Of a DNA stretch of 64,000 nucleotides, positions 13,421-27,255 are shown in pieces. Under the pieces are notes generated by a model. The model did no database searches. It worked only from the letters and a program-made list of their open reading frames with translations, and was not told the origin of the DNA. A program made the translations under genes and the position numbers. Location of the stretch: assembly GCA_965112155.1 (NCBI GenBank), contig OZ218100.1; one strand, written 5' to 3'. The first letter of the stretch is position 1. The number at the start of each line of letters is the position of its first letter. This stretch comes from Podarcis liolepis. Taxonomy: Eukaryota.

Positions 13421-15405
13421 TTCCCAGCAGGGATTACTTGATAGCCTGGTTGTGGCAGAACTATGCTTTTTTTCAAAAACCACTAAGTGACATGTGAGAG
13501 GTGAGTTGACTACCAGGAAGGGTTATATATCCCCTTCCTACCTACTGGTTTTTGCCTTCAACTGCCCTTCCCCCTGCATTTACCTTACAAGAAAACCATG
13601 AGGTTGAGCACCCTTGTTTTCCTTTTGAATTCTTGAACAAAGTTTAATACAGAGATGGAGAAGAAAACCTTTTGATTAAGTTCCAAAAATAAAGTAATGT
13701 TATATAGTTTGTAATATGAAATCCTTTGTTTTTTATCTGGCTGGGCTGAAATCAAGCTTGAAAGAGTTTATACAGGATTTTGCTTTCCTGCATAGTATTT
13801 GACAGGCTTTTGATCTCGATATTTTTTTCTAAGGGCTTTTATTGTTTACATAGGCATAATCGATGAGTTGTTTCAGGTAGATTGCATGCACAAAGACCAT
13901 TTAGGAAAAATGAGGGTAATATAAACACTCTGTTTATATAGAGTGTTTTCCGGGAAAAGGAAAATGGAATTTCCAAACAGCATAGGAATTTTCTATAGGA
14001 TATTTATATACTGCCTACATTCTTTGGCTTTCAGTTCAACAGCATATTTACGTTCTCAAATCTATTGTGTTGTGGTTGCAATGACTCATGGTAAAGGCAC
14101 TAATTTGGACAGATAGAGAAAACTGGCAACATGTGGAGGTGAATCATAACGAAAGTCATAGCAAATTAGACAATTGCTTCTTTAACATTCTAAATGAGAA
14201 AAGGTGGGGAGGAGGGTACCAATGAACACATACAAACTGATTCAGAGTTTAGACCAGCAGTTAAAAATAAGAGATTATTATTGAAATGCAATTTTATATT
14301 CAATTACACTGAGAAATTGTGATATTCCCTTAGGAGACTTTTGGATCTGATTCAGCAGAAATAGCTTAAATTACTGAGAAAGCTTCAGGCTAGACAGTGG
14401 CTTGAAACAGTAATAGCACTCAGTAATCATTGGGTCAAGACTGCAGCTGAGGACAATGGCAAAAGAAGTGGCATTGAGGCACAATGTTTCAGATGGCTTT
14501 TGAGTCCCGGTTTAATTGCTGCAGCAGAATTATTTCCAGAATGATAAATAGATAACCAACAAGCCCTGCAACTCCAAAAGGGTGTCTGTTAGGGGCAGTC
14601 ATTTCTTTCCTTTTACTTTTGATAGCCTCATCTTCATGAAAAAATGAGTCATTTGGTAGCCAGGACCCATCTGATGTCTCAGAGAAAGCAAATATCTCAA
14701 GAGCTTCACAGATTCCAAATGTGTAACTAGCAGAAGATTTCCAGAATGGTGTCCAACCTCAGGCACTTTCCTCAGAAACCTGAAATCTTTTGAAATTAAG
14801 GACATATAACCTCCCTCATCAGAATGAATAGATACAAAGCACAAGGAAGATCCATCAGAGGTGTCACAGGGATGCTGAAGTATTCAGATTAATGCTTGAT
14901 CTTGATCTTTTAAGAAGTCTCTGCAGCACAAGGACAGGAACAGAGCCAAGTATCCCCCCCCCCTGCAGCTTGCTAGCACTTTAAGCATTGGTTGGTATCA
15001 AACCACTTTGGGGCAGCAACTCTGGTGCTTTCTCACCTTAAGCCTCAAATGCTTATAAACTTGCTTTGTCTTCTGGCAGTCTCAGCATTAGCTCTTGCCT
15101 GCCAGCTTCCAGATCTTGGCATCTAACTCCTTGTCTGACCTTCAGTGTTTTAGCTAGCTATGCTGGCTTTAATTCTTCCTTGTCTGTAACAATAATCCCA
15201 TTTACTTTATGCGGTAGAAAATAGCTCTGTTTACCCCTAACTTGAAGCTTTTCTCCAACCATTAGTTGCTAAATGGAAGAGGATAGAAGACAATGTGGGA
15301 CAGACAAAATGGCAGCAATGTATAATGACTCCCTTATTCACCACAAGCAAGCAGTTTGATGCACCAGCCCTCTATCCCTTTATACATACAGTCAGATGGG
15401 CAGGG

Positions 15406-15426
15406 TATTATTATTACTATTATTAC

Positions 15427-15475
<49 letters not shown>
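15406..15475. repeat. (TAT)n microsatellite
   Basis: Direct reading. Confidence 0.95.
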
Positions 15476-16788
15476 TTATTAACTTTTGTTATTTTCTTTT
15501 AAATAATTGATCCACACATATACTTAAACAAAAGTCTGCCTATGTTCCCTACTTCCCATTTTTACCTGCACTACATGCCTCACATACATGTTTCCATCCT
15601 GCTTATGGTACTGGAGAGGCGTCAGCTGGTAGTCTCATTGTGTCTTACCCTCTTCACAAGGAAGCCTACTTTTGCAAAAATCTAAAATTATCCAGCTTCC
15701 TCTAACGAAATGCATTGTGATGATACTCCTTTTCTACTACAGAAATGTAGTTGATAAGCTTGTTCTGCTTTGGATCACATTTTAATGGTGTAATCCTTTA
15801 GTACTTTCTGAAAATAAATTGGGCAACATCTGTCTCCTTTTTTATGGTTACAAACTGGATGTGTAAGATTGTATAAACCACCTAAATAGTCCTGGTGGTA
15901 AAACCTTGTCGCCATTTCAACTAATCTGGTCAGAACAGAGTGATCTTGGAAATGAGCTAGCGATGCTCCCATATGACTTTGTTTACAGTGCAGATACATT
16001 TTCTAACCCACCGTTCTACATTAGTTAATCACTAAGCAGTGCTAGACTTTTAGCAGTGCAAGTTTCTTGGAGGCAAGCACTGCATTTTTGTGGTAAGCTT
16101 TAGCATTTGTATTTGAGGAATACTTAAAATAAAATGTTAAAACTGTGCTTCAGATAGAGTTATGCAATGATTTTCCCAACTGAAATCTACTTAACTCCAA
16201 TCACAGTTCGTTTTAGTTTAAAGTTGCAGTCTTAGAATGAAATATCTAGGTTGATCTTAGATTTGGCCATCATTTCAGTGGGTTGCTGAAGCTGGCGTGT
16301 CCACCACCCTTTCTTTCTTTCTTTCTTTCTTTGGTCAGTAGGTCTTAGCAAGATAGGTGGTCTGGTCTCTTTTTATCTGGCAACACCCACTGCAGATTTT
16401 TAAGGTAGTTGGGGTCAGCTGTTAAATTCTTTTAAAGATTTTTCCAAGAGCTTTATCTAATGGTGAAATTCAGAAACTGGGACATAGGATTTTTTTAATA
16501 GTCCAAACCATGTCTAGAAAAACCATGTGGTTAAACGTGCAATATAAACATTCAAGTTACATGAAGTTCAGAAGGCATGTACAATGTACAATGCACTGCC
16601 TCATAACTGTGGCTTGTATCTAGATATACATATTCTGTCAAGGAGTGTGATACACTTAGTTTTTGTGTTGCTTCAATTCCTTGGAACAATTTGCCCTATC
16701 TGCAACCAAGTTTTCCTCTGGAATTTGGAGGCTCCCATCAAGTTTGGATGAATCCATCTTTATTTACAACATTTTGTTCCACACATAT

Positions 16789-16791
<3 letters not shown>

Positions 16792-16835
<44 letters not shown>
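16792..16835. repeat. (TA)n microsatellite
   Basis: Direct reading. Confidence 0.95.
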
Positions 16836-16840
<5 letters not shown>

Positions 16841-17181
16841 GTGATGGTGGAATGAGAAACAAAGTGAGTATGTAAATATATATTGGCTAGGTCATTAACT
16901 TGTGAATGTGCTTCACATCTACTTTGGTTCTTCAGTCAAGGTGTTCACCTACTGGTTTTAGTACCTATAACTTTTCATGTATCGAAAACTTCTTCTGGAA
17001 GTGATTTTGGTGTATTTTCTTTCACACCAAGGCCAAGTGCACAAGTTTAGTGCTCACACAGTGATACAGAGCTTTTCCTTTCAGAAGTGTGTAAAAGGAG
17101 AATTTTGCTGCTTAAGAAAATTAATGCTTAAATAATAGCATTACACTTTATATATAATCTTGTTCTCTATCTGTTGTTCAG

Positions 17182-17233
17182 CTAAAATTGACCATGAAAT
17201 GGAAGAGAAATCCCTGGAAGAGACACATAAAAG
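17182..17233 (+). CDS. FMN2: Formin-2 exon (AKIDHEMEEKSLEETHKS)
   Basis: gttcag|CT...AAAAG|gtgagc, 52 nt, phase 1-2. Confidence 0.93.
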
Positions 17234-19862
17234 GTGAGCAGACCAAACTTCATATTCCACTAACATTCTAATAAGCTTCTATTTTTTTAGGTAGTAAAAG
17301 GAACAAAGTCTTAAAGGACAAATTGTGATTCTGCCAATAGAATTTATAGGGTATTGCTTGGTATACGATGCTCTCATATAATATGCTAGTAAAGCTAGAA
17401 AGTTCAGACTCTTCCTAAAATTAACACAACACTTCCAAGAGGATTAAAACAATAATCCAATCAGGGCTTTGCATAAAAAAATGGGTCGTCTTCCTCAGAC
17501 TAATAACAGATGCACAATACTTTTATTCTGTACTTTTGAGCTACCCACTATATACAAAGAAAAGTAGGTGGGTGGGAAGTTCCTATAAAAGTATTAATAA
17601 TGTGGATAATTAAATGTGGCTTCATTGCAAAGTTAATTAGGCACATTAAAGCAGATACACTGCGTAATTCATTATTGATGTTAGCATTAATGGGGTTTGT
17701 GTCTTTGAAGACTCTTCAGTCTTCTTGCACAAAATCTGGTTTCTTTTTTCTCCCTCCTTTTTGCAATTTTCTCAACATTGCGGCTTTAAGAGTTTCTTTA
17801 ATAGCAATGGAAAATATTTTTTTTCTGAAAATTCACGTTTCCAAATCTTATGGAAATTACTCATGGAACTGCCAGATTTTTTTAAAATTACACTTTTGAA
17901 GAGTTGCTTGTATTATACTAGGAAATACAGTGGGACATGTTTTAAAGAATAATTGAGAATGCTAGTACAGTATTCCATTTAGAAATCTGCATGATAATTA
18001 AGAATGCCACATTAAGTTCAATGCTTTAAACTGATTGTAGCAATAGTTTTCAGATTCCAGAAAGCAGTTCATGGCCAGTGTAACAGCTGATGTGTACTTC
18101 ATTTTTGCGTGATCTGTGGTCTGTTGGAAGACATTCACTGTTCAAAAACGTAAGGGGGGGTGGGCTCATTTCCTTCACTAACTATTGTTACATTTCTGTT
18201 GAGAAGGGAAAGGAAGATTGTAGTAACAGAAAACTAGAACTATTTTTAATAAATCAGATACTCATGAAGAGGTGGGATGAAGTTCTGCATAGGTACCTTG
18301 TTGTAACTTAAAGCAACTTATAGATAAACACAATAAATGATGGACAAACATGATAAAATTATTAGTTACATAACCCTCAAAACCACAATAGATGTACCAA
18401 GGACTCTGATCAGCTATTTCCAATTTGATCACCTCTTCTTTGCATTTTATTTCACAAAACAAAACTATACCACTGATGACTGTTCCAGATATTAAAAACT
18501 GCCACAGAATGCCTTGGCAGCCTAAAGGACATAAGTATTTATAGCCAAGATTCCATCAGGAGTTATGAAGCAAAATGTGTGTACATTATGACATGTGCTT
18601 ACTACTTACCTAAGGATGATGAGCCTGCCTTTGTACAGATAAGCATTCTCAATATTTCATGTTTAATATTAGAGACAAGGGGACACTAGGCAGGAGGAAA
18701 ACTCTGTGCTATGCCTTTTCCTCCCCTTTATACACCATCACTTGATGTACTGTATGTATATAAAACATTTGCCTGTATTGCAACAGTAAAATTGGTTCTT
18801 CCTTCTGCAGATCTTGCATTAGTATATGAAAGTTTCTTTAGAATTCACCACACAAAATGCTTCAAACACACTTTTTTGGATAGAGGGTGAGAGGAAAGCT
18901 TAGATAAATAAGAGATTAGTTACATTCTGCTAATCATGGGTAAAATAATCATGGGTGCATTGGATGAATAGATGTGCTAGTTGCAGTGATGGATTAGATG
19001 GAGGGTGATTAATGTGATTAATGTGGTTGGATTTTTTTTCTTTTTGAAGTGACTATGTGCAACACAGTGTCTATCTCATGATTACATGTAATGGAGTTGC
19101 ACAGAAATACTGGTTCATTATTTGATATGGCGGGAAAATGGTAAAAAAAAATTGTCTCTCTGTGACATTGTAAAATGCCAAGTAAAAATAAGTTATGAAA
19201 TAGTAAAGCTTTGCAGAATTCCTAAAATTACTTGCGTTTTGAGAACAATGCTCCAAGTGTATTTTAGAAAAGTTCAGTTGTTTAGTAGATGAGCTGAAAT
19301 GGAAAGTTAATCTTTCACACATAATGAAGACAAAGAAAATGGTATGTCTGACCCAGAGATTCCATAAAGTGTCTGGCTGTTCATTTGTCAGAAGTGAGAT
19401 GTTTAACCGTTTCTGAAAGGTTGTATACTTTTTTATTTATTTATCATATTTAGCAGCTTTAAGAGTGTCAATGTGTGAAGTGTTTATTCAAGAAATGGAT
19501 TTCTGGCAAACGGGCAAAAAGAAAAGTGAAATGTTTAGCTCACAAATAAGAGCATATTCTAAGATCTCTGAGTAAGTATCCTGAGATTAGAAGAAAGCAC
19601 ACAGGTCTGTGTTTATCTAGCTTACGCAGGCAGACAAGGAAGGCTCCAGACTGGTATTAAAGCTGAAGTGATACGGAATGTCTTCACCAAACCCCAAACA
19701 ATTACATCACCCCCTGAACAATATTGATAAAGTGCAATAGAAAAAGACCTGGCACTTTCTAGTTTCAACCCTCACAGCTAACCACTTGAGAACCTGTAAA
19801 ATACTTGACATGGAAAAGTTGTTTCAAAGGGGTCACAAAGAGCTGTCAGGCATTACAGCATA

Positions 19863-20058
19863 AGGAAGGGCCATAGTTCTGTGACAGAGCACATGCTGTA
19901 CATAAAAAGAATCTCAAGGTCAGTCCCGGACATCTCAAGGTAAGGCTGGGAAAAACTACTGCCTAAAACCTTGGAGATCTGCTGGCAGCCAATGTAGACA
20001 ATATTGAGCTAGTTGGACTCATAGTTGGATAGTATAAGGCAGTTTCTTATGTCCTTAT
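19863..20058 (+). mobile_element. tRNA-derived squamate SINE (Squam2/Anolis-SINE2-like), degraded
   Basis: GGAAGGGCCATAG..CAGAGCA head, AATGTAGACAATATTGAGCTAG, GTATAAGGCAG..CTTATGT tail; antisense relatives near 46370-46520, 53750-53950, 61905-62065. Confidence 0.6.
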
Positions 20059-23000
20059 ACCCAAAAGACTTTTAAAATTAAAAAATACAAGCTGAAGATG
20101 ACAGGGATTGAATCAGGAACTTTTTTGTGTTGTTGGGGCCACTGTTCAATAGTACACCTGAAACTTTGTGTGCATATTCATCACATTTTTCAGAAGCTTA
20201 AGTCTGAAATTCAATCAGGTTGCATTTGTGGGTAGCCTGGCCAATTCATTTCCCTGCCTGAAACAAGGGTAAGTGCACTCCCTACATACATTCAGAAATT
20301 GACTGTCAGTGGGATAGCATTCCCCACTGCACATGAGGTCAACAAGCTAGTTTAGGGATACATGGTCTCCAACAGAGAGCAATGGCTAGGAGGTTCAGGG
20401 GAACACCCTGAAAGCTGCCACAGTTGCCCTCCCCCAGCATATATCTCCAGAGGCAATTACCTCCCTGCCTAATTCTAGGGCTGGCCCTGACTAGTGTCAA
20501 AATAACTCAGCAGGCAGCTCAGTCACAATACAAATTTTCATTGTAATATATGCTAAATTAACAATCTCATAACTAAGGAAATCCCAGGAATAAAGCAACT
20601 TTGAAAATAATAATAATACCCTGCCCATCTGACTTGGTTGCCCCAGCCACACTGGGAGGTTTCCAGCATATATAAAAACATAACAAAACATTACAATTTA
20701 TACTCTGTTTTACCTAGTCTTAAACTCCAGCCAGTCACATGTATTCTGTTCATCTCCACTTTTTAATCAGTCTCCAGTTTTAAGTGAAATTGTAAAGAGG
20801 TTGATCTCTGTTGATTTCACCCCATCTGACTGGAGGGAGAACAAGAGTCATGAGAGAAAAGGTAAATGAAGACATTGAAATGCACATTTATCATGAGATC
20901 TTTCATTTCAAATCCAAAAAAAGTTATGATTCCTCATACCTGTCTTAGGGGAAAGAAATAATTAAATAGTGAACTCTCGATCAGATCACATAATTTTTAT
21001 TCCATGTTATTTCCAGTAATCACATTTAGTTGCTTCTGTGCTGTGCTTTATGTTGTTTGTGGTATGTATGTGTGTGTGAATGGCAATAATTTCCGTAGCT
21101 GTGTCATGCCTTTTATTGATTACATGCACCTCACTATTGGAGCTACACACACAGTTCTTTCCAATACATTCAAGTATACAGTATTCCTTCTTTGAGTGCC
21201 AGATGATATGTAAACACGCTCGGCTGTTGGCTGTAAGTGGCTAAATGCTACCGTTTGATTTCTGCACACTTGATTCATTCACTAGTTAAAACAACGGGAA
21301 ATTTATACTTCTCCACTGCTTTTGATATTGCATCAGTTACTGTCTGAGAATTTACAGTAGCCAAAGTTCTTTGAATCAGCGATAGACTGACATATTATAC
21401 TAACCTAGAACACATTTCTAAGCCACATTTCCTGTAGTCTGTGAGTTAAGTAATAGCTGGCATAAGAAGCTGGCATAAGAACTTTGGAATTGATTTGTCA
21501 ATTTAATTATTTAATTTCAATTTTAATCTGATTCTCTACCCTGCCTCCCTTGTTGGCACCATTTTACACTCATTTTGAAATGTGTTCAAGGAACGGGGTG
21601 GAGAAGAGAGACATAATTTAGGATCTGGAAACTTCAGTGAAGGAAAAAAAGATTTCCCTTGGGATACTGCTCTTTTCCAAAGAGGAGTACTGAAACATGC
21701 ACAGTTGCATAATGACACTTGCTATTGTTGTTTTGGTGCTACAACACTGGTGCTTCTTTTGCACAACACTGTGCTCTAGTATGGATACATTACTATGGAA
21801 AGGGACTTCCTAGAAAGTAAGATGGAACTAGGTGGCTGTGCCCCACTCTCCATATGTAACACTTCAAGCAACAAAATAAGTATCTGGTTACCAGAACAGC
21901 AACAAAACAAAACAAAACAGTTCTCTGAATATTCTAAGTATTGTGTTCAGGTGTACAATCAAGATAACATGTTGGAAATTGCAAATTTTGGAGTTCAGAA
22001 GAGTATTTACAGAATTTCATTTTGAATCCATAAATGAATGGCCACGATATGAAACTTTGGATCATTAAGTCAGTATTGACATTGAAAGCCACTTCTCCAT
22101 AATTTTTCAAGCTTCTTGTATTATATAGATTTAAGAGGCAGACAATCTACACATGCAGCACAGTCTTGTAGGGTGGCTCTCGCTGGATGCCTGCATTAGA
22201 CTTAAATAGGAAAACAAATCCTTATTTGGATGTTCCCACATTAAGAAATCTTTCTGTATATAGAAAATGTGTATGTCAGGGGCCAGACATACTTAGAAAC
22301 TTCCTCTCTGACAGCCTAGCTAGAAATATTTGTTTCTTCTGGAAAACACTGGAAGATGCACTCTCCCATGTATAGTGTGAAATGGACAATCTAGTGAGAG
22401 GAGCTGCACAATATTCTTTTGCTGCATGTGTAGACCTAATCTTGCTTTTAATATTATGTTTTTTCCAATATTTTGGACTGTCTTTTCACAAAACATGCCC
22501 AAGGCGATGTACAAAAAATATAAGCTAAAGTGTAACTGAAGGCCCTGCTTCAGGTGTCTCCAGTCGTCAAGATTTTGACAGAGGTGACAAAACATGGTGT
22601 TTTTTTGTGTGAAGGTACCCAAGTTATGAAAACCACTTCTCAGAGAAACTCATTTGACTTAATCTCTTTTTCCTTTTCATTACCAAGTTTATTCTGTTAG
22701 GTGGTATCCAGTTCTGTCCCCTCCATTGACAGAAGAAATCTATCAGTAGAACAGTCTGCTGACTTTCTGGAGCAGATTTAGGGAGGGACAGGTGGATCAC
22801 AGAAAATTGCCTCCTCTGTTCAACTGATGGATGTCCTCATTCAGTGAAAGGGACAGCATCAGATACTGCACATTGCGTTTGCATGACCCGCTGTTTGTGG
22901 GATATAGTTTAGGACTATTTTCATGCAATCTTAATAAAGTGACTCGTCTGTAGGTTTATCTGTGGCATTGGTTTCTTACAAATCATTTCACTTGGGGCGA

Positions 23001-24001
23001 TGGGGTTTTGTTTTGCATTTCCTTATTTTAGTTATATTTTCTTCATCGTATTTTATTGTTAAATTTTAGTATTAAAATCTAGAGTTCACCTCCTGAATTG
23101 TTGAAAGACAGGATATATATGTATGTAGTAAATTACCAGTGCATTCAATCATATTATTCTGATGAGGATTGTGTTGTGTAAAACTGAAACCATATAAAGC
23201 CCTAATCAAGGATAAGTTACTATCTTTATTTATTTAAGGGTATTTAAATCTTTAATTGGTGGGGGATCTGAACTACTTTGAAATCCATGTAGCAGACATT
23301 TAGCCTCTGCCCTCCATAAACAAAACAGCAGTGTGAACAACCAATGACTTGTTTTTTAAGTAGGATTGAAAAGTCATGCTAGCTGAAGCAAAGCTGCTGA
23401 CCTTTGCTGCCTCTGTTAATCCCTGACAGCGACCTCCCCCACCCCCACAATTTCTGCACCAGTGGTGGAAGCATAGGTACAACAGCACTCTTTGCTCAGG
23501 CACCCTTGAGATAAGCATCTCTAAGAGCTTTACAAACAATACACTACCCTGACAAAAACTGCTCTTCATTAGTAAGTGTTCCCAATTTGCTGATAAGGAA
23601 GTCGAAGTGCTGAAGCATTGTGACCTCACCAAAGTGACGTTGTAATTAAGAAACCCATGACTAGGACTGTGGAGTTTTGACTGTCGGTTTTGTTCTCTAA
23701 TTGCAGCGTTTCCACTGAGCACAGAGTCACAGCTTATGCTCCAGTGGGTCCTATTTTTATGGTCCCTGTATCTGGTAAATCACTACTTCTCTTTCATCCC
23801 CAAGTTTGCTTTTTTAAAACGTTCAAATTTTGTTGATATGAGTGGGACTTTGAAGAGATCATGTCACAAGAAAAAACTGGGTAACGAAAGACGGTTTCAT
23901 TTACACAACTATTATTTTTTTAACAATCCCCATTTTTATTTTCACATTCAGTAAAACTTCAAGTTCTGGACATTAGGAAGAAGTTTCTATTTAACGCCTC
24001 T

Positions 24002-24047
<46 letters not shown>

Positions 24048-25573
24048 GACAGAGAGATGCTATATGTAGGCTAAACATTTATCTGTTTTGAATCTACTTA
24101 CTCATGTACCTATATCAAGAAAAGGGCCCCTCAGAAAGGGTCCTAAAGCAGTTGACAGTAAGCTTCAATCAAACAAATATATAAATAAAAACCAAATAAT
24201 TAATGATCCTCTATCCCTGAAAATGCAGGGCTCCATATACATATGAAAAGTATCAAAAATTAGTAACAAACTCCTTATAGTTATTCTTTCACCTACTGTC
24301 TGTATTATATATGTGTGCGAAAGAGAAGAGCGTGATAAGATAACACAGAATACAAAGAACATGAGTTGTAGTTTTGTTGCTGTAAATATGTAGTCTTTCT
24401 TTCAGCTATAAAAGTTGTAATTTAAAATGCTACAAACCTTATGGAAAGAAAACAATGTATCATTCTCCCCCCCTCTCTCTTCAAGTACAAGGCTATGATC
24501 TTTGCCCTCCGTGTATTTTAGAATCTTCTTGTTACGAAAGGGCATGGGAGATAACATGCCAAACCTTGTATTCACCCATCTATTTTCTTTTTAAAAAATA
24601 AATGAGTGCTGTAGGGATCTTTCAACTACCATATATGGGAAACTTTCTCAGAACAAATGATTATTTTGAATGCAACTTTCCTGTGCTTGATAAACAACTT
24701 AATTCCTCAGGAGTCCTGGTTTTAAGCCTATTTGTATTGCAGCTCATATTCTCCTTATTTGTATATAAGTAATAGTTGTATATTATTTTTGACTATGTGC
24801 CAGTTTCTGACATTTTTGCATTTTACAAATATATCCACTGTCGTAGAAGTGATCTAGCTGAGTACTTGAGTATTACTTGTAGCTGTTTAGATAAAGGGAT
24901 TCTGCTAGGAGTTAAATGTCTCTGTGTTACTGAATCAGCTTTCCGTCCTTTCCCAGCAAGATTAACAGTGATCAGTGTAAAAGCCTGTCTTGCCTCCTTT
25001 GATCCCGTAGTATTCTTAACCAAAGCCTTCACGTCTCCAGTAAATGTTACTTCTATTTATCAAACTCATTGAGCATTTATTTGTGGGAGTTTCAATCTAG
25101 TCTGGCTTCCTAATTGTTGAAAAGGCTTCAAATAGAGAATTATGGCTTATTGTTATCTTACATTTAGACATAGTGCCTGGAAAGGCTGCTTTGAATGTGA
25201 TGCTTTTAATCTTGTGCATCCTTGGGTAAACTTGGTGTTCTTCTGTGATGCTATCATCCCATTCCTAGGACAGCACCAGACTTTATATGGCAAATGTGAT
25301 TGCTGCATGTATAATGTGCACAACTTGTGAAGTCTGGAAATAATAGATGCAGCTTTAAACATTCATTTGTGTGCATGTTTGGGCATCAATGTCAGTTCCC
25401 TTTTACACAATTACCAAGCAAGTTTGGGCTGTGTCTGCTGGTGGGAGAAAGCAACTTGTCACAGGCTTTCTCTTCAGTAGCCAGCTTCTTTTGTTATCAT
25501 GCAAACTGATATTTGCCATTTCTTATTCAGAGAAAAAGGAAAATTTCAGGGCCATTTCTGATAACAACATTTA

Positions 25574-25918
25574 GTGGTGCGCTGTGGATTAAACCACAGA
25601 GCCTAGGACTTGCCGATCAGAAGGTCAGCGGTTCGAATCCCCGCGACGGGGTGAGCTTCCGTTGCTCGGTCCCTGCTCCTGCCAACCTAGCAGTTCGAAA
25701 GCACTTCAAAGTGCAAGTAGATAAATAGGTACCGCTCCAGCGGGAAGGTAAACGGCGTTTCCGTGCACTGCTCTGGTTTGCCAGAAGCAGCTTAGTCATG
25801 CCGGCCACATGACCCGGAAGCTGTACGCAGGCTCCCTTGGCCAATAAAGCGAGATGAGCGCCGCAACCCCAGAGTGGGTCACGACTGGACCTAATGGTCA
25901 GGGGTCCCTTTACCTTTA
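25574..25918 (+). mobile_element. Near full-length Sauria SINE
   Basis: tRNA-like head with B box GGTTCGAATCC, core GTGCAAGTAGATAAATAGGTACC, tail GGGGTCCCTTTACCTTTA. Confidence 0.93.
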
Positions 25919-26725
25919 GGATAAGACCTTCTCAGAGGTGATACCCAAGTTATGAAGTTTCTTACCTTATGACAACCATGCATGCACACATATGTAGCAT
26001 GCAAAATTCTGCAAGCAAATGATTTTGCTCAGCTGCCCATGCAACCCCGCCCCCCTCTTCCAGTCCAAGAAAGGGATAAGTTCTGGATTCTTTTCCATAT
26101 TGTTCCCAGCTGTTGCTGCAAACCTCCCCTTTCCATGGGGCAAGATTGCTTTGGAATTCCCACAATCCAAAATTCCGTATGTTTGATTCACCAATTAGGT
26201 TGTCTTCCATACTGACAAATCGTTGTGTGTACGTAGTTCAACAAAAGAGATTTACAATGTTCTAAAGCTATGCCTGTGTCACTGTTATTAATTCAAAGAT
26301 TTTCTGCCTATCATTGGGCTTCATCAGTTTAAGACATTTATCTTTATTTCATAGTAATTTCTTTAAATTTGCTCAGGAACTGCAATAGTCAGTTCTGCAA
26401 CGACATGTTTTGGAAAATGATTGAAATGCAATGAAAAAGTGATACATCAACAGTTACGATAGTCTGGTTTTCTTGGCTTTGAAGAATTGATTTTTTTGTT
26501 GAAAAAATGAAAGAAGCTTTGACCACATAATGAAACATATATGAGAAACACCAGACCCCAGGTTTTCTAAACAAATTCAATACAGAATATGAAAATAGAA
26601 GAGTTAGGACTATGTTTGTGATAGGTATCAATTTATTTACCAGTACTATCAGCCATGTATGATAGATAGAGACTGTCTCTCATTGTTGCTAATGAAATAG
26701 TTGCCCTCTTTGTTTATTTTGACAG

Positions 26726-26875
26726 CTTTTTGGAGACTGCAGCATATTTCTGCATGAAACCAAAAATGAGTGAGAAGGAGGTATCACTAAATGCCTTCTT
26801 CAGCATTTGGCATGAATTCAGTTCTGATTTTAAAGAGTTCTGGAAGAAGGAAAATAAGCTCATTTTGCAAGAAAG
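26726..26875 (+). CDS. FMN2: Formin-2 exon ([50 protein letters not shown])
   Basis: gacag|C...GAAAG|gtaggt, 150 nt, phase 2-2; end of FH2 (FFxIWxEFxxDFK motif). Confidence 0.96.
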
Positions 26876-27255
26876 GTAGGTATCTTGATTTTTGATTACT
26901 TTAAAATTATTAATATTATATACAAAAGGAAAATGTATAAAATTGTACATATCTGTTTACTGTTCAAATGTCATGATAATAATGGATCATAAATTCTTAA
27001 CTTCCAATATTTAAGTGATTGCTACAAAGTCATCAGATGTTCTCCTGTTTGCTGCTCAAGAATGTAATATCTATTCTCATGCTATACTAGACAATCTGCT
27101 GTTGCACATTTTTAGGTTTTGTAGCTCCACTTCTGTCATTTTTAAAAATTATATGGGTAACTACATATGTTGCAAAATGCTGCAGACAAGTTTCTTTATT
27201 TGATGAGAAAATAGAAACACATTTAGCCAATCTTGCAACAGTTGCACAGCCTGCT

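Noticed and set aside
14540-15191. Possible Gypsy internal fragment and TGTCA...TAACA LTR
   Set aside because: No convincing protein motif, PPT or TSD visible
15295-15510. Poly-Tyr ORF (likewise poly-Ile 36379-36717 and IY-repeat 16663-16875)
   Set aside because: Translations of microsatellites
25269-25289. Possible 21-nt in-frame micro-exon (ttcctag|GACAGCACCAGACTTTATATG|gcaaat)
   Set aside because: Donor is a poor non-canonical GC site; no other support
25574-25650. tRNA-like sequence with A/B boxes (also 42570-42640)
   Set aside because: These are SINE heads continuing into SINE bodies, not tRNA genes
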